Shown one piece after another: positions 51,414 through 57,763 of a stretch of 57,763 bases of DNA; the stretch's first letter is position 1, and the number at the start of each line of letters is the position of its first letter. Under the pieces are notes generated by a model. The model had not been told where the DNA came from, did not search any database, and saw only the letters and a list, made by a program, of their open reading frames with translations. The stretch is from the NCBI GenBank assembly GCA_052035095.1, contig JBPOHW010000014.1, positions 1-57,763 of the forward strand, given 5' to 3'. Origin of the DNA: Candidatus Moraniibacteriota bacterium. Its GTDB lineage: Bacteria; Patescibacteriota; Minisyncoccia; Moranbacterales; UBA1568. Position numbers and translations under genes: made by a program.

Positions 51414-51572
51414 TTGCCAGCTATCAGTCGTCAGCTTTCTGCTTTCGGCGATAGATACGTTTTTATCGCAAAGGCTGAAGGCCTATAGCCGACAGCTGAA
51501 AGCCGCGTAAGCAGAGGAATAATTTTTTTCGCCAACAGCCGAAAGCCGAAAGCTGACAGCTGAAAGCCGCGA
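51414..51572. repeat. Inverted 7-nt-period arrays (GCTATCA/GCTTTCG vs GCCGAAA/GCTGACA)
   Basis: One left arm and two right arms that can pair into a long hairpin. A related array lies at 52347-52386. Confidence 0.8.
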
Positions 51573-51576
51573 AGCC

Positions 51577-52125
51577 ATGCGTCGACGTCGATACCGAAGA
51601 CCGCAACCGAAAACCGTAGAGCTTCCAAAAGCGCGCGTCAACGAGCAAATTCGCGTGCCGTTTGTGTTTTTGGTGGATGCTGACGGAACTGTCACCGAGA
51701 GTATGCCGACCGAACAGGCGATCGCCCGCGCCAAGGAACAGGAACTCGATCTCGTCGAAGTCTCCCCCAAGGCGACGCCGCCCGTCTGCAAAATTCTCGA
51801 TTACGGAAAATACCTCTACGCTGAGGGCAAGAAGGAACAGCAAGCAAAAAGCAAACAGAAAAAAGTCGAGACCAAAGGTATTCGCATTCGCCTCCGCACC
51901 GACACGCACGACCTCGATTTCAAACGAGCGCAAGCCGAGAAATTCCTCTCGCGCGGACACAAGGTGAAGATTGAAATCGTCCTCCGCGGTCGAGAGAAGG
52001 CTTCTATGGATCGCGCGCGGGACGCCCTCAAAGAGTTTATGAATTCTATCAAAGCGACCTTCGGCGTCGAAGAAGACATCAAACGATTCCCCAACGGTCT
52101 CCATATCATCATCGCCCCAAAGTAA
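51577..52125 (+). CDS. infC: Translation initiation factor IF-3
   Basis: Motifs VNEQIR, LDLVEVSP, PPVCKILDYGKY and D...K......FL..G.KVK. Confidence 0.97.
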   Translation: MRRRRYRRPQPKTVELPKARVNEQIRVPFVFLVDADGTVTESMPTEQAIARAKEQELDLVEVSPKATPPVCKILDYGKYLYAEGKKEQQAKSKQKKVETKGIRIRLRTDTHDLDFKRAQAEKFLSRGHKVKIEIVLRGREKASMDRARDALKEFMNSIKATFGVEEDIKRFPNGLHIIIAPK

Positions 52126-52134
52126 TAAAACTAT

Positions 52135-52329
52135 ATGAAGCAAAAAACCAGGAAATCCGTCGTCAAGAAGGTGAAGATCACCAAAAAAGGGAAAGTGATT
52201 CGCCGCACAACCAAACAGAATCACTACAACCTTCGCGAGACAAAGCAATTCAAACGAGCGAAGCGTCGTGATGTCACGATGAGTGGTCTTGACGCCAAAA
52301 ACATCAAAGCCGCTCTTCCCTACGCGTAA
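52135..52329 (+). CDS. rpmI: 50S ribosomal protein L35
   Basis: KQKTRKSVVKKVKIT..GK, in infC-rpmI-rplT order. Confidence 0.95.
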   Translation: MKQKTRKSVVKKVKITKKGKVIRRTTKQNHYNLRETKQFKRAKRRDVTMSGLDAKNIKAALPYA

Positions 52330-52394
52330 ATCCTTTAAGACTGTATGCCAAACGCTGACAGCCGAACGCTGACAGCCGAACGCTGTGAAACACT

Positions 52395-52739
52395 ATGCCC
52401 CGAGTAAAACGCGGCGTCGCCGCCAACAAGCGAAGAAAGAATGTTCTCAAGATGGCGACGGGATTCCGCTGGCGCCGCAAGACCAATTACCGCGCCGCCA
52501 AAGAAGCGATCCTGAAAGCCGGCAAATACGCCTATCGCGATCGTCGCGCCAAGAAGCGAAGCTTTCGCAGTCTCTGGATCGTCCGCCTCAACAACGCGCT
52601 CCGCGAACATGGTCTCACCTATGCGCGCTTCATCGCGATCGAAAAGAAAAAGGGTATCGAGCTCGATCGGAAAGTTCTCTCCGAGCTCGCCGTGCAACAC
52701 CCCGCCGTTTTCAAAACATTTATCGCGACTCTGCAGTAA
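52395..52739 (+). CDS. rplT: 50S ribosomal protein L20
   Basis: Motifs MPRVKRG, YAYRDRR..KR.FR.LWI.R.N and LDRKVLSELA. Confidence 0.98.
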   Translation: MPRVKRGVAANKRRKNVLKMATGFRWRRKTNYRAAKEAILKAGKYAYRDRRAKKRSFRSLWIVRLNNALREHGLTYARFIAIEKKKGIELDRKVLSELAVQHPAVFKTFIATLQ

Positions 52740-52752
52740 ACGTTTCCTTCAA

Positions 52753-52784
52753 AAAAACCACCCCGATGCATTGGGGTGGTTTTT
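52753..52784. terminator. Bidirectional terminator
   Basis: AAAAACCACCCC...GGGGTGGTTTTT between convergent genes. Confidence 0.75.
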
Positions 52785-52798
52785 GTTTTTCGGGAGAG

Positions 52799-53230
52799 CT
52801 ATTCTTCCCGTCTCCGTCTCCACCATGGCAGTATCACGAGAAAAAAGATGAGTGAAAGCAAGATGCCGATCGCGTCAATGCCGACATCGGTGACTCTTCC
52901 TTGCCGACCCACGACAAACAGCTGATGCGCCTCATCGGAGAGCGCGAAAGGGAGTGAAATAAGCACCACTCCCGCCGCCGTCATATGCGAATTCTGGGGA
53001 AAATAGAATCGAAACAATCGAAACAGCAACGCCCCGAGAACACCATATTCAAACACATGCGCGCCCTTTCGAAGGAGGAATTGTCCGAAAGAAAGCGCCT
53101 CTGCCGATGTCCCAAGTGTCGGCTGAGACGAGAGCAAAAAAATAACCCCCATCCACACCAGAACGGGAACATAATAGCGATACACTATCGCCACCCACCG
53201 CGCGAATCGTTCTGAAAAAGTGGTTTCCAT
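52799..53230 (-). CDS. VanZ-family membrane protein
   Basis: Motifs RKGAHVFEY and DEAHQLFV.GR.....DV.ID. Confidence 0.9.
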   Translation of the reverse strand: METTFSERFARWVAIVYRYYVPVLVWMGVIFLLSSQPTLGTSAEALSFGQFLLRKGAHVFEYGVLGALLFRLFRFYFPQNSHMTAAGVVLISLPFALSDEAHQLFVVGRQGRVTDVGIDAIGILLSLIFFLVILPWWRRRREE

Positions 53231-53253
53231 GCGCAGAGTGAGAAAGTCCTCGC

Positions 53254-53364
53254 TTATTCTTTCCGACCTCGATCGCGAAGTTCCTTGAGGAGCGTTCCGA
53301 ACGCGAAAAACGGAAGCCAGAGCCAGAGAATTTTTTTCAAAAATTTATCGAGAAATTGACTCAT
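53254..53364 (-). CDS. 36-aa small membrane-associated protein (below ORF-track cutoff)
   Basis: MSQFLDKFLKKILWLWLPFFAFGTLLKELRDRGRKE, co-directional with the vanZ-like gene. Confidence 0.5.
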   Translation of the reverse strand: MSQFLDKFLKKILWLWLPFFAFGTLLKELRDRGRKE

Positions 53365-53410
53365 AGAAAAATATTCTACCAAACCTACTCAAAAATTTCC
53401 TATTATGCAC

Positions 53411-53501
53411 GCCGAGACCGAGAATCCCGCCCTGGCGGGACGAAACTTCGCTCCGAGCCCGGGAGGGGTGTGTGAGAAAAAATCTTTTTCTTGGTCGAGG
53501 C
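53411..53501 (+). repeat. Repeat family B, copy 6 (first internal hairpin replaced)
   Basis: Same termini and 3' two-thirds as copies 4 and 5. Confidence 0.88.
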
Positions 53502-53538
53502 AACTCTCAAAATGGGAGAGATTTAAGCCAATTTTACA

Positions 53539-54285
53539 TTATTCCGTAATCAAGGGGAGCGTGTGATAACAGCGCGGATCGATTTCGTAGATCACGTCTT
53601 TTTTCTCAACCACAATGCGCCAACCTTTTCCTTCCGCCGCTTTTTTCAAATTCTCATTCGGATTGAATGCGATCGGATGCTCGACCAATTCCAGAAACTT
53701 CACATCCGACTCGGTATCGCCGATGCCGTAGGAATTTTCAAACGTGAGGTGATACTCTTCAAAAAGCTTCCGTGCCGCCTCACCCTTGTCGCGACTCGGC
53801 TCATAGGACGCGATCCCCGTATATCGCCCATCCTCCCCCACCTCATATATACTGCCAATAACCTTGTCAAAGTGGAGATAATCGCGATTGTACGCCTCAA
53901 CAATCTCGACCGGCGATCCGGAAATGGCAAAAAGAAGATATCCTTCGTCTCGAAGCTTCCGCATCAGATGCTCCGCGAAAATATAGGTCTGGCGCACGCG
54001 AAACGGGATGACGCTCTCGCTCGCTCGCCGCACGTCTTCCGGCGTGCACCCGCGGATGAATCGGGAATATAGATCAATGAGCGCGAGACGATAATCCTCG
54101 TACGTCCCGGTATGCGTCAACCACTTCGAATAAATATCCACCAAGGTCTTCCTGACATGGGGAGGGAAAATACGGAGCCATGAAAGCTCATTTATGAGTT
54201 CAAAATGAAGGTTCTTCCGAAATATCGTCCCGTCGATATCAAAAATAGCCGCCTTGGTTTTTTGGAGTGTTTCCATAGAGTTCAA
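53539..54285 (-). CDS. HAD-IB (SerB-like) phosphatase
   Basis: Motifs FDIDGT, ISGSP, K...A and GDTESD..FL..V.HP.A.NP. Confidence 0.92.
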   Translation of the reverse strand: MNSMETLQKTKAAIFDIDGTIFRKNLHFELINELSWLRIFPPHVRKTLVDIYSKWLTHTGTYEDYRLALIDLYSRFIRGCTPEDVRRASESVIPFRVRQTYIFAEHLMRKLRDEGYLLFAISGSPVEIVEAYNRDYLHFDKVIGSIYEVGEDGRYTGIASYEPSRDKGEAARKLFEEYHLTFENSYGIGDTESDVKFLELVEHPIAFNPNENLKKAAEGKGWRIVVEKKDVIYEIDPRCYHTLPLITE

Positions 54286-54350
54286 CTCAGCAAATGTATA
54301 TCAAGCCGCTTCAGGTCTCAAAAAAAGTGTACAGGCTTTCGAAATAACGG

Positions 54351-55394
54351 TCAACGCGACGAATGAACAATGTCTCGAGCCACATTCCAGAGCGACGGTT
54401 CGCTTTTCTTTTCTTTGAGCCAGTACCACCACTCCGCCCCCCAAAAATACACGTCCGAGAAACCGACCTGCCGAGCGTAGTGAGTGATATCCGCGAGTTT
54501 CTCGGCATCCATCGTTTTCCACTGCTCCTCGAGTGGAATATCAAGGAGCGATCCCGGCGCCCACGGCTCCGCCTGCAATTCAATCACGATGAAATTCTCT
54601 TGCTTCGTGAAAAGCCGCGTGAAAAATTCTTTGAATTGGAAAAAATTGGGACCGATGGGATATGTCACGTACCCGAATCGGTCATTCCAAATACGTCGAT
54701 AGAGCGTCGTCCCAAAAATATCTCCGCGACTCGCGGCGGGAATCCACATTGAGAGCTCTCCGCTATCGGTCGTCAAAATCGGTCGAGACAAATCCGCCTC
54801 GCGCGCGACGGCGATTTCTCGATCGAGCGTCGTGCCGGAAAGCGGCGGGCAAATACCAAACGCGAGAAACGGTTCATTTTCAATTTGCCACAAAACAATT
54901 TCGGAACGATGTTTGTACCGTTCGATGGTTGTTTGGATAAAACGCTCTGCCGCTTCATTTTTCAATACTTCGTTTTCTCCCGCCCACTTAGGGATATGAC
55001 ACTCCGGCCACCGCGGCACCTTTTGCCCCACCGCGAGTATCACCTCCGCGCCGTACTCTCGCGCCATATCGAGTTGCCAGTCGATATCCGAAAAATCAAA
55101 ACTTCCCCGCTCGCGCTCAACCGCGTCCCAGTACACGGGAAGACGAATTTTGCGAACACCCAAATCCGAAAAAATCGCAAGGAGTGTCTCTTGGGGTTGG
55201 AGTCCCATATCGCGCGCGAAGCGGCTCGAAAAAGTAACACCGAATTCCACATCCTGCCGAGACGGCAATCCGGGAATATTAAAAAACACCAAGAGTAGTA
55301 CCGCGAGCGTAAACAAACAGAAAAACACCCAAAGAAAAAATTTCAGCATTCGCCTAAAAATACTATGTGTTTGTGCCAAAAAATTCATAACCAT
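54351..55394 (-). CDS. Membrane-anchored clan GH-A glycoside hydrolase (GH5/GH42-like)
   Basis: Motifs IRLPVYW, WQIENEP (acid/base) and ELQAEPW (nucleophile). Confidence 0.85.
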   Translation of the reverse strand: MVMNFLAQTHSIFRRMLKFFLWVFFCLFTLAVLLLVFFNIPGLPSRQDVEFGVTFSSRFARDMGLQPQETLLAIFSDLGVRKIRLPVYWDAVERERGSFDFSDIDWQLDMAREYGAEVILAVGQKVPRWPECHIPKWAGENEVLKNEAAERFIQTTIERYKHRSEIVLWQIENEPFLAFGICPPLSGTTLDREIAVAREADLSRPILTTDSGELSMWIPAASRGDIFGTTLYRRIWNDRFGYVTYPIGPNFFQFKEFFTRLFTKQENFIVIELQAEPWAPGSLLDIPLEEQWKTMDAEKLADITHYARQVGFSDVYFWGAEWWYWLKEKKSEPSLWNVARDIVHSSR

Positions 55395-55551
55395 AGTTGT
55401 TCCCTATCCAAGATCATGTTGAAAAAGCATCGAAGAGGACTATCTTGCGCAAAGTTTTTTGGGGAAAATTGTTTTTTTGCGGCTTTCGAACGGCAGTGGA
55501 AGACAAGCAAAAAAATAATTTTTCCCAAAAAACGGACTTCCTTAACACACT

Positions 55552-56541
55552 CTAAAATAACGCGCTTCCGCCTCGCGCCGCGAGCCACGCGCCGATTGAA
55601 ATACACAAAAATGCAATCGCTTTGAGCGCCCACCCAGCAGAAGAAATCCGCTCTTCGAATATGGACGGAAATCTTCGAGAAAGAAACAGTGCAAGAAGAA
55701 ACACCGCCGCGAATTGCACGCCGACCAGAGCCTGCACGATCGCGACCGACGCCTCGTCCTGATAGGCGGCAAAAATAATGAGGAGCGCGCCGATACCGCC
55801 CAGGGTTTTGCCGCCGATAAAAATCGTCCACGTCGAGAGTCGTCCCGCTTCGCGCCGCCACGGGAAAAAAATCGTCCGCCAGGAATTTCGTATCGCGGGA
55901 AGAATCACCTCATACGCGAACACGCAGATATCGCTCCGATACGCCGGCACGCAGAGAAACGAAAGCCCTCCCAAAAACACGCCAAACCGAGACCATATGA
56001 GACCGCTCACAAAATTCGCGCCGGTTCCCTCGCCCAGCTTGAGAAGAAAATAAAAGAGCGAGAGAAATACGCCGGAAAGCAGTGCGAGTCCGACACTTTT
56101 CCGAGAGTACGTCGCTCCCTCCGGTCCCGACACCGAAAGGAGCGCCGCTCCCGCGAGAAGGAGTGAAAAGGCGAGGAGTCCCGTTACCGGAATTTCTCCC
56201 GATATCATACTTCGAACAATCGAGGGAACGATCGCCATAAGCGCCGCGAAAATTCCGACGAGCGGCAAAATTTTCGAAACCTCCCCAATCTGAAACGCCC
56301 GATAGAGAAACAATAAACTCCACGCGAACGACACGCCGGATACAAAAAAAAGAGAAAGCGTGTCGATCGGAAACAGGCGAAGCCCAAACGGCGCGAGCAC
56401 GAACGACACCAAACTGAAAATGGTGAGAAAAAAAATATACGCCGCCGGTTTTTCGATTCGATCGGCGACGAGAAACTTATCGGCAACACTCGCGAGCGCC
56501 GTCGCCCCATACCCGCCGATCGCCGCAAAAATCCAAAGCAT
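55552..56541 (-). CDS. EamA/DMT-like multi-pass membrane protein
   Basis: About ten TM segments in two repeats, with DKF and A...GEVS motifs. Start reassigned to 56541. Confidence 0.8.
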   Translation of the reverse strand: MLWIFAAIGGYGATALASVADKFLVADRIEKPAAYIFFLTIFSLVSFVLAPFGLRLFPIDTLSLFFVSGVSFAWSLLFLYRAFQIGEVSKILPLVGIFAALMAIVPSIVRSMISGEIPVTGLLAFSLLLAGAALLSVSGPEGATYSRKSVGLALLSGVFLSLFYFLLKLGEGTGANFVSGLIWSRFGVFLGGLSFLCVPAYRSDICVFAYEVILPAIRNSWRTIFFPWRREAGRLSTWTIFIGGKTLGGIGALLIIFAAYQDEASVAIVQALVGVQFAAVFLLALFLSRRFPSIFEERISSAGWALKAIAFLCISIGAWLAARGGSALF

Positions 56542-56716
56542 ACGAAGTTTCCAAACAAAAGCAAAGAAAGCAAATCCATTATAGCGCGATTCCAGCAATG
56601 CAGCACGAAAAAAAATCCCCAAAATATTTCGGATAAAAAAACACCCCCGCCAAGCATCCACGCTCGGCAGGGGTTTCGATTCCACTCGATTCAATCTTCC
56701 TTTCAATCGTCCATCC

Positions 56717-57763
56717 TCACTTCACCACGGTAAAATATATCGTGGCGCAGTTGTTACTCTCGTTCAGTTCGTCGACAGCTCCTTTGTTGTCGACACAACA
56801 CATATAGCTCCGGGTTCCTCGATCACCCAGCTTGATATTGTTGTTGTTCACCTGCTCGTGTTGCTCGCACCCGACGCACATTTCATTCGCCTCCACATTG
56901 TCATCGTCCCGATACTGGTTCGAGTTGATGTAATAGGCGAGACGCATGTCTTTCGTCGGTTTGGCGTTTCCGATGTTTTTCACGATGCAGTGAGGATGCA
57001 CTCTCGTCCCCGATTTGATCGTCGTTCCCTCGGCAATCCAAAGAGAAGCAACGACAAAGTCCGGTTTCCACACTTGAGCGATGACCGTATAGGAAAAATC
57101 GAAACAGTTGTTGACTTCGCTTGTTTCCCGATTGGCATTGTTCGTATCGGCGCAGACTCTTCCTTGATACGTTCCGGGAATATCAGCGACGAGGGTGTCC
57201 TCTGTCATCCATTCCTCGTTCGTTTGATTCGGGAGGAGTTTGAACGCGGGCGTATCATCTCCATCAGCGTATCGCCAACTCGTATCTCCCGGCTTCATGT
57301 AGAAGTAGGAGAGTCTCGTGTCCGAGGGACAAGAGTCTGGACCCAGGTTGAGAAGTGTTCCTCCGAAACCGTAGAGTTCCCCTTGATTCAAGGTGATCCG
57401 TCCTTTGGTGAGGTTTCCGGAAGCAATGACGAGATCGCAAGAGCCATTCACCGGATACCATTCGACATTGGACCAGTTGTCATCTTCGTTCGACTCGAAA
57501 ATGTTTCCGGGTGCGTCAACCTTCGATTTGAAGTAGACGCGTTTTCCGGAAGCTTCGATCGGAACGGTGAAGGAGATCATTTCCTTTTTGGAGTTGTCTT
57601 CATCCATATATTTGCAGTGAGTCTCACTTCTCTTGAGGAGAGTCCATTCGCCTTCGTCCTCGTTCATCGCAACCTTGTAGAATGTATCGGTTTTGACCTC
57701 GAAGTCTTCGTTGCCGGTCGTATTGCCATTTTGACAATGTTCCTCTTTGGAAACCGGCCAGAC
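56717..57763 (-). CDS. CARDB-repeat secreted protein (5'-truncated)
   Basis: Frame is open to the window end. Two units end in C.D.....E..E.NNC. Confidence 0.8.
   Translation of the reverse strand, partial: VWPVSKEEHCQNGNTTGNEDFEVKTDTFYKVAMNEDEGEWTLLKRSETHCKYMDEDNSKKEMISFTVPIEASGKRVYFKSKVDAPGNIFESNEDDNWSNVEWYPVNGSCDLVIASGNLTKGRITLNQGELYGFGGTLLNLGPDSCPSDTRLSYFYMKPGDTSWRYADGDDTPAFKLLPNQTNEEWMTEDTLVADIPGTYQGRVCADTNNANRETSEVNNCFDFSYTVIAQVWKPDFVVASLWIAEGTTIKSGTRVHPHCIVKNIGNAKPTKDMRLAYYINSNQYRDDDNVEANEMCVGCEQHEQVNNNNIKLGDRGTRSYMCCVDNKGAVDELNESNNCATIYFTVVK

Noticed and set aside
51577-51600. infC starting at ATG rather than ATT
   Set aside because: The start cannot be verified from sequence alone, and ATG starts are not rare.

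Overview
Core-genome region of a Patescibacteria (CPR) bacterium, Parcubacteria-like and possibly Moranbacteria (inferred from gene order and content; standard genetic code). Most genes lie on the minus strand: tgt, rplY, gyrB, efp, rpsF-ssb-rpsR, two type IV pilus clusters, a PAS kinase/response regulator pair, leuS, the atpBEFHAGDC operon, recO, ileS (IleRS2 type) and argS. A short plus-strand block holds smpB, ssrA, infC, rpmI and rplT. I see no integrase, transposase, reverse transcriptase, CRISPR array, rRNA or tRNA. The unexplained signal is mostly non-coding. (1) Two dispersed families of structured elements (~130 nt x4, ~85 nt x6) keep their base pairing but not their sequence, and fold best on the strand antisense to flanking genes. 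(2) A 20-bp palindrome inserts precisely with no target duplication, including into itself. (3) 7- and 9-nt periodic arrays form quasi-palindromic stems, invade gyrB, leuS, argS and ileS in frame, and bracket part of a four-helix-bundle gene. (4) The leuS 3' end is duplicated with only synonymous changes around a truncated sigma-70-like gene. (5) An actinobacterial-type ultrashort-stem-I Ile T-box carries a terminator. (6) NDK-like and PyrE-like proteins lack their catalytic motifs. All family assignments come from motif recognition by eye, not database searches.
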